Positions 13,186 through 25,187 of a stretch of 64,000 bases of DNA are shown in pieces. Position 1 is the stretch's first letter. The number at the start of each line of letters is the position of its first letter. This DNA comes from Squalus acanthias (lineage: Eukaryota). The stretch is taken from the NCBI GenBank assembly GCA_030390025.1, contig CM059432.1:18602001-18666000 (forward strand). Reading direction: 5' to 3'. The position numbers were made by a program, and so were the translations under genes. Below the pieces are notes generated by a model. It was given only the letters and a program-made list of their open reading frames with translations. It had not been told where the DNA came from and made no database searches.

Positions 13186-13640
13186 GTGGTCAGCCGTGAC
13201 TCAGTGGTAGTACTGTCGCTTCTGAATCAGAAGGTTGTGGGGCAATGTCCCACAAAATCTAGGCAGACACTCCAGTGCTGTACTGAGGGAGTGCTGCACT
13301 GTTGGAGGTGCCGTCTTTCGGATGAGACGTTAAACTGAGGCCCCATCTGCTCTCTCAGGTAGACATAAAAAAAAGCCCACGGCACTATTTCGAAGAAGAG
13401 CAGGGGAGTTCTCTCTGGGGTCCTGACCAATACTTATCCCTCAACCAACATCGCTAAAACTAATTATCTGGTCATTATCACATTGCTGTTTGTGGGACTT
13501 TGCTGTGTCCAAAATGGTTTCCGCGTTTCCTACATTACAACAGTGACTGCATTTCTAAAGTATTTGATTGGCTGTAAAGCATTTTGGGATGGCCTGAGGT
13601 CATGAAAGATGCTATATAACTCCAAGTTCTTTCTTTTCTC
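13186..13640 (+). mobile_element. DeuSINE (SacSINE1/AmnSINE1-like), near full length
   Basis: tRNA-like head (gtgactcagtggtag), Deu domain ggaggtgccgtctttcggatgagacgttaaac...gaagaagagcaggggagtt, L2-like tail gctatataa...ttctttc. Confidence 0.85.
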
Positions 13641-14855
13641 TTTACTTCTGTGCTATATAAATTTAGTACTTTTAATTTTTATTGGTAATAAGGAAGAGTT
13701 AGAATTGAAGCTGAAATGGATGATATGCTTCTCAATATCCTTGTCCATATGTTTGTTCCTGAAAGTTTACTGACTCCAAAGGACATTGGGGCTAAATTTG
13801 ATAAGGCCTGAAAACGGGCGCAGGGATCGTGATGCCTGCTAATGATTGAAGCGCTGAGCCCAGCACTGAACGCGCTGCTGGTTGGCTCAGCGCTCAACAG
13901 GGGGATAACCAGCGTCAGCAGCAGCGAACAGGTGGGGGGCAGGCACGGCTGCAGAACCTGACCCCGCTGGAGGAGATGGTGCTGGATATCAGTGGAGGGG
14001 CTGTCACTGAGGCCGTGGTGATCAGCGAGGCTGAAAGCATTGATTATGATGGTATGCACATACCTCATCCTACTTCTCACATCCCACTTCCCCCTTATCC
14101 CACAATCTCTTGTCATTTACAAGCTTCTGATGGTGTAAGCATGCACCTCTTGCTTTCCCCGCCTTGACTCACCACAACCCTACCCTTGTGCCTTTCTCCT
14201 TTCAGATACTCAAGAACTCCAACCAGCCCAGCCTTTTTCAGGAAGAACATGAAGAGGAGAGTGATAGAGAATGGTAGAATCTTCGAATTGTAGAAATTTA
14301 TGGCACAGAAGGAGGCCATTCGGCCCATTGTGACTGTGCCGGCTGAAAACCAGCTATCCAGCCTAATCCCACTCTTCAGCTCTTGGTCCATAGCCTTGTA
14401 GATTAAAGCACTTCAAGTGCATATCCAAGTACTTTTTAAATGTGATGAGGGGTCTGCCTCTACCACCTTTTCAGGCAGTGAGTACCAGACCCCCACCACC
14501 CTCTGGGTGAAAAATATTCTCCTCAACTCCCCTCTAATCCTTCTACCAATTACTTTAAATCTATGCCCCCTGGTTATTGACCCCTCTGCTAAGGGAAATA
14601 GGTCCTTCCTATCCACTCTATCTAGGCCCCTCATAATTTTATACACCTCAATTAAGTCTCCCCTCAGCCTCCTCTGCTCCAAAATAAACAACCCCAGCCT
14701 ATCCAATCTTTCCTCATAGCTAAAATTCTACAGTCCTGGCATCATCCTCATAAATCTCCTCTGTACCCTCTCTAATGCAATCACATCTTTCCTGTAATGT
14801 GGTGACCAGAACTGTACGCAGTACTCTAGCTGTGGCTTAACTAGTGTTTTATACA

Positions 14856-15742
14856 AAAAGAAAATACTGCAGTTGCTGGAAATCTGAAATAAAAACAGAA
14901 AATGCTGGAGATACTCAGCAGGTCAGGCAGCATCTGTGAAGAGAGAAACAGAGTTAACGTTTCAGATCGATGACCCTTCGTCAGAACTGGAAAAAAGCAG
15001 GAAATGGAACAGATTTTAAAGCAAGTTTCGGGGCTGGGAAAGGGGGGAGGGGATGAAAGAACAAAAGGGAATGTCTGTGATAGGATAAAAGGCAGTAGAA
15101 TTAAAGAGACATTAAGAGATATTCAAGGCAGAACACCTCCATTCAGTCCGTAAGGGGAACCCCGAGCTTCTGGTCGCTTGTCACTTTAATTCTTCGCACC
15201 ACTCCCACTCAGACCTCACCGTCTTTGGCCTCTTCCATTGTTCCACGGAAGCTCAGCGTAAGCTCAAGGAACAGTACCTTATCTTCCGATTAGGCACTTT
15301 ACAGCCCTCTGGACTCAACATAGAGTTCAACAATTTCAGATCATAATCTCGACCCCTATCATATATATATTTTTTATCCACACTTTTTGTTTGTGCCTTT
15401 TGTTCTTCTCTCCCACATGGCAGCTGTCTTTCATTCTGCCAGCGCAATTCACACTTCATCTAGAGCCATCCTTTATTTCTTAACCTGTCCCATTACCATC
15501 TCCTTTTGCCTTGAATATCTCTTAATGTCTCTTTAATTCTACTGCCTTTTATCCTATCACAGACATTCCCTTTTGTTCTTTCATCCCCTCCCCCATTGGC
15601 CAGCCCCTAAACTTGCTTTAAAATCTGTTCCATTTCCTGCTTTTTTCCAGTTCTGACGAAAGGTCATCGACCTGAAACGTTAACTCTGTTTCTCTCTTCA
15701 CAGATGCTGCCTGACCTGCTGAGTGTCTCCAGCATTTTCTGT
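14856..15742 (+). mobile_element. Penelope-like element: GIY-YIG endonuclease C-terminus plus inverted terminal repeats
   Basis: 15131-15346 reads EHLHSVRKGNPELLVACHFNSSHHSHSDL...EQYLIFRLGTLQPSGLNIEF*; arms ~14894-15130 and ~15507-15742; 14-bp TSD TAG(T/A)GTTTTATACA (14842-14855, 15743-15756). Confidence 0.9.
15647..15685 (+). ncRNA. Minimal hammerhead ribozyme motif (Penelope type)
   Basis: CTGACGA...aggtcatcgacct GAAACGTT; an antisense copy with stem II mismatches lies at 14952-14990. Confidence 0.75.
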
Positions 15743-16226
15743 TAGAGTTTTATACAGTTCAAGCATAACCTCCCTGCTCTTATATTCTATGCCTCGGCTA
15801 ATAAAGGAAAGTATCTTATATGCCTTCTAAACCACCTTATCTATCTGTCCTGCTACCTTCAGGGATCTGTGGACATGCACCCCAAGGTCCCTCTGTTCTC
15901 AGTGTCCGACCATTTATAGAAGAAGAGACACTGTCACTCGATCTGACACTCGCAGGCACCAGCTCAGAAAATGGCACTGTGCGAACTTTGGAGCGTAGTA
16001 TAGAGGCAGGATGCAATGTTGCCGGTAAACTGCATTGCCGCGAGGTCCCCCGCGCGCCGCTTACGGGCTGTTAAATGTTAAATAACTGCGTATGCAGAAA
16101 TAATGCAGAGGAAGAGTTCATGGAATGTATTCAAGAGAGTTTTCTAGATCAGTATGTCAAGGAACCTACGAGGGAATTGGTTATTTTAGATCTAGTACTG
16201 TGCAATGAGACAGGGTTAATTAATAA

Positions 16227-16476
16227 CATAGAAACATAGAAACATAGAATCTAGGAGCAGGAGTAGGCCATTCAGCCCGTCGAGCCTGCTCCACCATTCA
16301 ATACGATCATGGCTGATCATCCAAGTCCAGTACCCTGTCCCTGCTTTAATCCCCAGAGTACACATATCCCACCCTACCCCCGTAACCCCACGTATTTAAT
16401 TCCCCCTAACATATCCCATCCTATCCCCATAACCCCACATATTTAATCCCCCCCTAACACTAAGGGTCAATTTATC
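16227..16476 (-). mobile_element. Short CR1-tail / SINE-like composite with an internal ~48-bp tandem duplication
   Basis: (catagaaa)n tail, CR1 3' UTR, two copies of acatatccca(c/t)ccta...aacccc...tatttaat...cccctaac; possible ATAAC duplication at flanks. Confidence 0.6.
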
Positions 16477-16671
16477 ATAACCTTGTAGTAAAGGAGCCTC
16501 TGGGGAGCAGTGATCATAATATGATAGAATTTTATGTTGAGTTTGAGAGAGATTTAATTAAGTCCGAAACTAGGGTCCGAAACGTGAACATTGCAAACTG
16601 CGTAGGTATGAGAGGCGAGTTGGCTAAGCTAGGTTGGGAAACTAGATTAAAAGATATGACAGTAGAAAAGC

Positions 16672-17005
16672 TGTAGTCACTATTGTAACGTGGGAAACGT
16701 GGCAGCTAATTTGCACACAGCAAGCTCCCACAAACAGCAACGTGATAATAACCAGATAATCTGTTTTTGTTATATGTGGATTGAGGGATAAACATTGGCC
16801 AGGACACAACTCCCCTACTCTTCTTTGAAATAGTGCCTTGGGATCTTTTATGTCCACCTGAGAGTTTAACGTCTCATCTGAAAGATGGCACCTTGGACAG
16901 TGCAGCGCTCCCTCAGCACTGCACTGGAGTGTCAGCCTAGCTTTATTTGATCAAGTCCCTGGAGTGGGACCTGAACCCACAACCTTCTGACTCAGGAGGT
17001 GAGTG
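16672..17005 (-). mobile_element. DeuSINE (SacSINE1-like)
   Basis: Reverse complement of the Deu domain seen at 13186-13640. Confidence 0.85.
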
Positions 17006-17213
17006 TTTAATTTGTCTCCTGTAACATAGTGTGCTATCCACTGATCCACATCTAACACGACAACACAGAGCCATAAAAACAGACTGTAAAAGCTTCTATA
17101 GGTGTATAAAAAGGAAATGATTAGCGAAAGTAAATGTGGGTCCCTTACAGGCTGAGACAGGAGAAATTATAATGGGGAATAAGGAAATGGCAGGGAAATT
17201 AAACAAATACTTT

Positions 17214-17726
17214 GGCCGCGATCTTTATAGAGGAGGCGGGTTGAGGGCGAGCCCGCTGCTCAGCAGCTTTTGGACCCGCTCCCGGATGCCGCCTCCCAGC
17301 AGTTACTATTTTCGCTTGATTGGCCTCATTACGGCTGACGGCGGGTCCCTCCAGGCATTTGGTTGCAGAGCGTCAGATTCTCGCCTCTGATGACACGTTG
17401 TTTCAGGTAAAAATTTAAAGGGGCCATGTCCCCTTTGCAAAAGCATTAGGTTTTTCCTCTTAAAGGTACTGGCTGCTGTAGGAATGGCAGACCCAAAAAC
17501 TAAGGCTGCACCCAGGTTCAATGAGGGCTCCCTCCATGCTCTTGTGGAGGGAGTTAGAGGACGTCAGGAGGTCCTCTTCCCTGGAAACGGAAGGAGGAGG
17601 AGGCCTCCTCAGCAAACCAAGGCAGCTTGGCTGCAAATTGCTGAGGAGGTGAGTTCAAGGTCTCTGTGCAGACGCACATGGGTTCAGTGTCGAAAAAAGT
17701 TTCATGTTCTGCTAAGATCACCTAAA
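17214..17726 (+). mobile_element. Harbinger left end with Myb/SANT-like exon 1 (17484-17726)
   Basis: TIR-like GGCCGCGATCTTT inside the CR1; APRFNEGSLHALVEGVRGRQEVLFP...AWLQIAEEV...RTWVQCRKKF is an MSANTD/Myb_DNA-bind_5-type motif. Confidence 0.8.
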
Positions 17727-18822
17727 GTGTGGCTTCACGAAGAAGACGCAAAAAACCTCCCGGAAATAGTAGAGAACCAAGGATCTAGCGAGAATGAGGA
17801 ACTGAAAGAAATTAGTATTAGTAAAAAAATAGTACTGGAGAAATTAATGGAACTGAAAGCCGATAAATCCCCTGGACCTGATGGCTTACATCCTCGGGTT
17901 TTAAAAGAGGTGGCTATCGAGATATTGGATGTATTGGTTGACATTTTCCAAAATTCCATTCATTCTGGAACGGTTCCCATGGAATGGAAGGTAGCAAATG
18001 TAACCCCACTATTTAAGAAAGGAGGGAGAGAGAAAATGGGGAATGACAGATCAGTTAGCCTGACATCAGTAGTAGGAAAAATGCTAGAATCTATTATTAA
18101 GGACGTGGTAATAGGGCACTTAGGAAATAATAATAGGATTGGGCAGAGTCAACACGGATTTATGAAAGAGAAATCGTGTTTGACGAATCTGTTAGAGCTT
18201 TTTGAGGTTGTAACTAGCAGAATAGATAAAGAGGAACCAGTGGCTGTGGTGTATTTGGATTTTCAGAAGGCATTTGATAAGGTGCCACTCAAGAGGTTAT
18301 TATACAAATTTAGGGCTCATGGGACAGGGGGGTAATATACTAGCATAGATTGAGGATTGGTTAACGGATAGAAAACAGAGAGTAGGAATAAACGGGTCAT
18401 TTTCGGGTTGGCAGGCTGTAACTAGTGGGGTACCGCAAGGATCAGTGCTTGGGCCTCAGCTATTCACAATCTATATCAATGATTTGGATGAGGGGACCAA
18501 ATGTAATATATCCAAGTTTGCTAGGTGAGGATGTAAGTTGTGAGGAGGATGCAACGAGGCTTCAAGGGGATCTAGACAGGCTAAGTGAGTGGGCAAGAAC
18601 ATGGCAAATGGAATATAATGTGAAGTTATCCACTTTGGTAGGAAAATAAAAAAGCAGAATATTTTTTAAAGGGTGAGAGATTGGGAAATGTTGGTGTTCA
18701 GAGGGACCTGAGTGTCCTTGTACATGAATCACTGAAAGTTAATATGCAGATATAGCAAGCAATTAGGAAAGAAAATGGTATGTTGGCCTTTATTACAAGA
18801 GGATTTGAGTATAAGAGTAAAG

Positions 18823-19714
18823 GGGGGGAAAATTCAGTTGGATTGCGCCTCCTGGTAGCGCCTTAAGAGGGTGCTAATGGGGTGCAAAGCAACTAGCGCC
18901 CATGTGCGGCGATGTTTGCGCCGCTCACTAAATTAACTAGACATTTTGCGGCGGCACTAAACACTACCGCCACGATCTCCTGCGCCGGCCGATCGCGACG
19001 TCAGTCGAGAGTGCAACGCCTCGGTAGCACCCCAGAGTGGATATTGAGTGGCGCCCCCTGTCTTACCGCCTGCCACTAGCAACGACAGGTTGAGGGGAGC
19101 GTTTTGCAGTCAGGAAGGGACTGGGGGAGCGCTATTTAAAGGTGACCGCTTCCTGCCTTTTTTTGTCGGCGAAATTTTTGCACCACGCATTCTGAGTGAG
19201 AGAGAGAGACTGCAGGAGAAATTCAAAGCTGTGTTGAGGAGTTTTGGGTACTGAGCAGCACTTTGCAGGTTCTTTCTGGTTTGATCTTCCTTGCATCGAT
19301 TTAGAAGAGACTGTGGGGGCTGCAGTCTGAGCTCTTTCTCTGGGCCTCTCCATTTTTCTTTCCAGCAGATTTGATGTACAGGTCTCTCCAGGCCGAGATT
19401 CAAGGCTGCAATGAGCAGGATGTGGATGGAGAGCAAGATCAACCCTCCCCTTTAAGAACTGTCTGGCGCTATTGTGTCTGTGTTCCATTGCTGACTGACA
19501 TCACATGAGCTTCGCCAGCGCTCTGAGGTAGCGCCTCGCTCCTCGGCCTTTGCCCCTTAAGACAGGTGCGTAGCGCCTGATTTAGCGCTCCAATCACCTC
19601 CAGGGGCGATAAAAGTCAAGTTTGCAGTCGGAGGCGATAATTAGCGCCAGGCGCTAAACTTTGCGGACGGCCGATAATGGCGCCTCAAACGGGTCGATAC
19701 TGAATTTTTCCCCC
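18823..19714. mobile_element. Harbinger-type MITE, 892 bp, with TIRs and 3-bp TSD
   Basis: TIRs GGGGGGAAAATTCAGT / ACTGAATTTTTCCCCC (15/16 match); AAG on both sides; removal restores CR1 GAGTAAAGATGTCTTAC. Confidence 0.85.
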
Positions 19715-20969
19715 AAGATGTCTTACTGCAATTATATAGGGCCCTGGTGAGACCACACCTGGAGTATTGTGTACAGTTTTGGTCTGCTTACCTAAGGAAG
19801 GAGATACTTGCCATAGAGGGAGTCCAATGAAGGTTCAACAGACTGATTCCCAGGATGGGGGGATTGTCCTTTGAGGAGAGATTGAGTAGACTAGGCCTAT
19901 ATTCTCTAGAGTTTAGACGAATGAAAGATCATCACATTGAAACATACAAAATTCTTACAGGGCTTGACAGGGTAGATGCAGGAGAATGTTTCCCCTGGCT
20001 GGGGAGTCTAGAACCTGGGATCACAGTCTTAGAATAAGTGGTCGGCCATTTCGGACTGAGATGAGGAGAAATTTCTTCACTCAGAGGGTGGTGAATATTT
20101 TGAATTCTCTACCCCAGAGGGTTGTGGATGCTCAGTCGTTGAGTATATTCAAGACAGAGAGCAATAGATTTTTGGATATTAAGGGAATCAAGGGATATGG
20201 GGATAGTGCAGGAAAGTGGAGTTGAGGTCGTAGATCAGCCATGATCTTATTGAATGGCAGAGCAGGCTCGAGTGGCCGAATGGCCGACTCCTGCTCCTAT
20301 TTCTTATGTTCTATGCGTGAGAAATTGAATGGGCTGTTGCCATCTCAAAACAACAAGAGCTTGCATTTATGTAACATCTGTGCAGGAATGCTTTGGAAAT
20401 CTGTAATCCACCATTCAGCTAAGGACAACTCAACATCCATCTGTAGCAGAGCTCTCATGGACAGAGAGCCCAATGCACAGCCTCAATTTTTCTTGTCAAA
20501 GCTGTGAGTACTGTTAATTAAATCAGGGCTTCCAATTTACATGGTGCTCTCACTTCTGACTTCAAATTGCTAGGGGATCAGCTTGAGAGAACTTTGATGG
20601 CAGGCTTCAGTCTCCCAAGTGGGGGCCATGGCTCTGTTCCCACATAGATCTCTGGACATCCAAAAGGGTTGCCCAGAAGCTGGGGCATGGTAGGCGAAGG
20701 TATGGATGAAGCAGCTGTTTTTCGGCCCGACCAAGCTGTCCCCTCAGAGGGCTGAGTGCTGGCTGAGGGTTAGTAGGCAGCAATGGCCAGCCAGTGCAGG
20801 AGCTCAAAGTGCTGGCAGTAGTTACAGGGCCATCTCATGTCCCAGCATAAGAGGCACAGTGCCATAGTCAGAACACAAAGTCCACTTTGAGGAGCTGCAG
20901 CAGTGCGCCACCACAATTATTCCACTGTTGTAGCACTTAGAAGGAACACAAGATCAGGGCGTAAATGTA

Positions 20970-21376
20970 TAAGATTATAAAATTATGAGGGTATAGATAG
21001 TGCATAAAATTATGAGGGGCATAGGTAAAGTGGATAGAAAGGAACTATTTCCCTTAGCAGAGGGGTCAAAAACCAGGGGGCACAGATTTAAAGTAATTGG
21101 GGGAAGGTTTAGAGGGGATTTGATGGGAAATTTCTTCACCAGAGGGTTGTGGGGGTCTGGAACTCACTGCCTGAAAGGGTGGTAGAGGCAGGAACCCTAA
21201 CCTCATTTAAAAAGTACTTGGATGTGCACTTGGGATGCTCTAACCTGCAGGGCTACGGACCAAGAGCTGGGAAGTGGGATTAGGCTGGATAGCTCTTTAT
21301 TGGCCGGCGCAGACACGATGGCCCGAAATGGCCTCCTTCCGTGCTGTAACTTTCTATGATTCTATGATTCTATGAT
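20970..21376 (+). mobile_element. CR1 3' fragment with (ttctatga)n tail
   Basis: KIMRG...LFPLAEGSKTRGHRFK; ttctatgattctatgattctatga tail. Confidence 0.9.
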
Positions 21377-22399
21377 GACACATTACCGTAAACCGTCACC
21401 AAGGGCAAGCACTGAACAAGTAAACATTGAAGAACGTATGCAGATCTTTGGAACATACTGATAATATATTTATTAGCAAAAGGCACATAATAATGTTACA
21501 TGTGATAGGATACAGGCAGAGGCGGTAGGGTAGGCATTGGTAATTAGACAGTGCATGTTATTCATTGGGTCAGTATGTTATGAAGAGGACCATAGGAATG
21601 TTCATGTCGTCCCACATTTGATTTTAAGTAAAAGTCCTGTCAGTTAATGATTATGCATAAGTCTTGCTGGCTGTACATTAACATTGTCCATTTCTACTTT
21701 CTCCTCTGCCAAGATTACGTGATAACCCTCCTGGTCCTCTGTGCTGATCTGTCCACATAGCAGAATCTACCAGAATTTGGGTGCAGGCATCAGCGTCATT
21801 GTATTTATATCCTTTCTCTGTTCAGGGGATTTCTCAACAGTGTCACTAACTGGGGCTCCAGAGTGTAGCGTTGGTCTCCTAGTAACAAGCCATTTAATTA
21901 GCTAGAGATAAAACCCATCTCTACCTGTTGACAGTCCAAATGTTTGTAGATTAGAAACGTGATGAGGGTAACCTACTCTATGTTAATGTCAATCCACTAC
22001 AACACCGTAATGAGATAATATATAAACAGTCGCAATCCTACGCTAAGATTCTTAGAAAAATTGGTCCCAAGAAAGGAACCCGTAACATTAATTTTCCATG
22101 GGGTTAGTTGTCTATGGAGCTTTATGCTTTAGAAAAACTGGTGAACTGTAAGCATGTTCCCTGGAATAGACCCTTTTAAGTTTGACTAAGAACAAAGGAA
22201 ATCAAAATATCTCAAAATCAAATAAAACGGCGAAGCAAACATCAACGTAAAGGCACAGAGGATATCCGCTGAAACCATCTAACTAGAGTTGGCAGCAAAT
22301 CGTAGCTGAAAATTCCTTCATTCTTAATGGACCATCTGAAGAGCAAAGCATGCCAGTGTGCCAAACAGCACTCGACTGAAGGGCATCTGCCCTTTACAG

Positions 22400-22427
22400 G
22401 TTTTGCAAATAAAAATGTACTTGCACG
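22400..22427 (+). CDS. Candidate small exon or exon end (GFANKNVLAR)
   Basis: ccctttacag| acceptor, CG|gtaaga donor; joins in frame to 23168; the frame stays open upstream to ~22306, so the exon may be longer. Confidence 0.35.
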
Positions 22428-23167
22428 GTAAGAATGTCCTGTCTATTCAACTGAATATGAAAGCCATGAATCTCGTCTGCAGTGGCTCATGTATTCCGAG
22501 CCCAAGACTGACTGTGGCAGTAACCAAAATTTAAGGTGGCTGTCAATTTCCTATACATGGACCATGCACAGTGCCCCAGGCGATTCAATAAGCCCAGATG
22601 CAAGGAAAGGAAAATCTTCCCCTGATAATTCACTTCAAATTGTTGCTACCTAAAACACTCCAGTCTTATTTATGGTCACCATTTTACTGCCGTTGCCACA
22701 GGTCCTCTCGTCCTGTCAGAAATGTTCACTGGCCCTGCACCGTGAATCTTTGGCTGAAAAAAAGTTGCTTCGACACAACATCCATTATGTTGAATTAACC
22801 TTGACGATTGCCTTGAAGGTTAAGGTTTTATTTGTTTTGCTGATATGAGAAGAGGTACTACTGAATAATAAAGTAAAGATTAATAATGTATTTCCGTGGC
22901 AATGTGCTGCTGTCACAATATATGGGTAAATACAACATTAATATATATTAACATAAATATTTTATTTGAAAAAAATAATTTTCTGCCTTGCTTTCTCTAT
23001 TTATGCATATTTATACATATAAAATACAAAATAAAGTCAAGTCTGGCAAAGTTCGGTTGAAACTGAAAATGGAATGACTCCAGTTCAAACACTGCATTGT
23101 GAGTCATGTGATCCAGTAGCACTACAAAATGAGCCACACAATATAGTGATGGGTGTTTTGTATTCAG

Positions 23168-23235
23168 GAGTTTCCATAATCTCTGTAAAATGCGTCTTAA
23201 ATTATACGAGCAGACCTCCTGTAATGCTGCAGGTG
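23168..23235 (+). CDS. Candidate host-gene exon (SFHNLCKMRLKLYEQTSCNAAG)
   Basis: gttttgtattcag| acceptor and GTG|gtaagt consensus donor in AT-rich intron-like context; two frames are open. Confidence 0.55.
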
Positions 23236-23789
23236 GTAAGTCAAAGGATGTTCTGTTTGATAACAACAGGGATGTTAAACTATGTGATGCGCAAGTATCA
23301 ATAATATACAGATCTCCAACGGCAGTGCTCAGAGACAAAAATTAGGAAAACATTGATTCGTTTGTTTCCCATTCACTAAATCCTTTTTTTCTGCCATTGT
23401 TGGCCACCCAAGAAGCAGTGCTCAACCGTTCAGTACACAGGGATAATGTAGACAGAGAGAAATCCACAGGGCTATGGGGAAAGAGTGGGGGAGTGGGTCT
23501 AATTGGATGCCTCTTTTCATAAGCCGGCACAGGCACAGGCACGATGGGCCGAATGGCCCCTTCTGTGGTGTACGTTTCTATGAAGTGGGTAACCATCAGC
23601 AGGGGAAGAAAGGGCTCACAGGTACAAGGAAGGCCTGAGTTACTGGAAATGCCCAATAAATACTCACTGTTGGACAAGTATCAGATGGACAGTGATACTG
23701 ATTCAGAGGAGGGCAGTCCTAAGCAACACTGTGGTATTGTGGAGCAAGGGACTACCCAGGGGGGGTGAAAGGCAGGTAGCTTACAAGAA

Positions 23790-24165
23790 TAGAAGAGTGG
23801 TGGTTGTGGGGGATTCTATAGTCAGGGGAATAGACAGCCTTTGTTGCATTTGTAATGGGGATACCTGAATGGTATGTTGTCTCCCTGGTGCTAAAATGGA
23901 GGACATCATGCAGTAGGTGGAAACACTTTTAAAAAGGGTGGGAAAGCAGTCAAAAGTTGGGGTCCAATTTGGAATCAATGATGCAGATAGAAGTGCATTT
24001 AAGGAGTTAAGTGCTAGAATGAAAAACAAGACCACAGCGGTGGAAATCTTTGGATTGCTTTCTGTACCACACACTGGGTAGGTTAAGGAGAGGAAGATCA
24101 GGAAGATCAATGTGCAACCGTAGGGCTGAAACATGAAAGAACAGTTCACATTCTTGGGACAATGT
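23790..24165 (+). pseudogene. Degraded CR1 ORF1 (SGNH/GDSL esterase-like) remnant
   Basis: Translates RVVVVGDSIVRGID...VCCLPGAKMEDI with stops. Confidence 0.7.
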
Positions 24166-24244
24166 AGTGTCACACTTTAGCTATCACACTTCGGATGTCA
24201 CACTTAAGCGTAACTTAGCATGAGCAATGTTATGGAACATCAGT

Positions 24245-24522
24245 GCCAAGACTGCACAAAGTGGAGGAGAAGCATCCGGGAAGGCGCTGAACACCTCGAT
24301 TCTCTTTGCCGGGAGCAAGCGGAAGCCAAGCGCAAACAGCGGAAGGAGCGCACGTCAACTCAAGCACCGCACCCACCCACCCCTTCAACCACCGTCTGCC
24401 CCACCTGTGACAGAGACTGTAGGTCCCGCATTAGACTCATCAGTCACCTCAGAACTCATTTTTAGTGTGGAAGCAAGTCATCCTCGGTTCCGAGGGACTG
24501 CCTAAGAAGAAGAAGAAGAAGA
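24245..24522 (+). mobile_element. RTE-clade LINE 3' end with (AAG)n tail
   Basis: KWRRSIREG...CPTCDRDCRSRIRLISHLRTH C2H2-like terminus, short UTR, taagaagaagaagaagaag. Confidence 0.8.
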
Positions 24523-24644
24523 TGGACAATGTGATATACACCTTGCATGTGTGATATTTTGTAGTGTGTTGGAAATGCACTGGACACAAAACTTCAACTA
24601 TATGGATATAAAGCCCTGAACGCAACATTACCTTAAGAGATATT

Positions 24645-24813
24645 AGGGTAGATATTTGTCTTGGGCCGTAGTTCAAAACAGGTGGCATTGCATCCGCCGC
24701 CTATTATGCGTGCCATACTGTCAATGAGATTGAGTATCAGGAGGGACATATAACGGGCGGCCAATCTGATACCACCCGTTTTGCGCTACCCGCCCAACCC
24801 AAATTTCTACCCC
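24645..24813. mobile_element. 169-bp palindromic MITE (Harbinger-type), TSD ATT
   Basis: AGGGTAGATATTTG..TTGGGC versus GCCCAA..CAAATTTCTACCCC; ATT at 24642-24644 and 24814-24816. Confidence 0.7.
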
Positions 24814-24829
24814 ATTGTTTCATGCTACC

Positions 24830-25082
24830 CTTTTTGAAGAGCAGGGGGAGTTCTCCCCGGTGTCCTGGCCAACATTTATCCCTCAATCAACACCACTGAA
24901 ACAGGTGATCTGGTCATTATCATTTTGCCGTTTGTGGGTGCTTGCTGTGCGCAAATTGGCTGCCGCATTTCCTACATTACAACAGTGACTACACTTCAAA
25001 AAGTACTTCATTGGCTGTAAAGCGCTTTGGGATGTCCGGTGGTCGTGAAAGGCGCTCTATAAATGCAAGTCTTTCTTTCTTT
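24830..25082 (+). mobile_element. DeuSINE 3' half
   Basis: ttgaagagcagggggagttctccccggtgtcctggcc...aaaggcgctctataaatgcaagtctttctttcttt. Confidence 0.85.
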
Positions 25083-25187
25083 ATTTGTGCATTAACTTAT
25101 TTGATGAAGCTATTGCTGTCCCGGGATGTTAAAATGTCTGCCAGGCACTACAATTGTAACAAACTATTTTGCTTGTCTTTAAAACAG

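Larger units (their letters stand above)
14265..15897 (-). mobile_element. CR1 LINE 3' fragment
   Basis: ORF 14413-14706 RRLRGDLIEVYKIMRG...RGH; continues past the Penelope insertion at 15757. Confidence 0.9.
13788..16075 (+). mobile_element. Harbinger remnant with downstream Myb/SANT-gene exon pieces, split by CR1 and Penelope insertions
   Basis: TIR-like GGGGCTAAATTTG; exon-like EMVLDISGGAVTEAV...D|gtatgc; ttctccttcag acceptor; coding resumes as EEETLSLDLTLAGTSSE after 15915. Confidence 0.5.
16085..20312 (+). mobile_element. CR1 LINE ORF2 pseudogene hosting four nested insertions
   Basis: Endonuclease end (ttttagatctagtactgtgcaatgag, gcagtgatcataat), RT motifs 17730-18650, 3' end 19715-20312. 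Confidence 0.9.
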
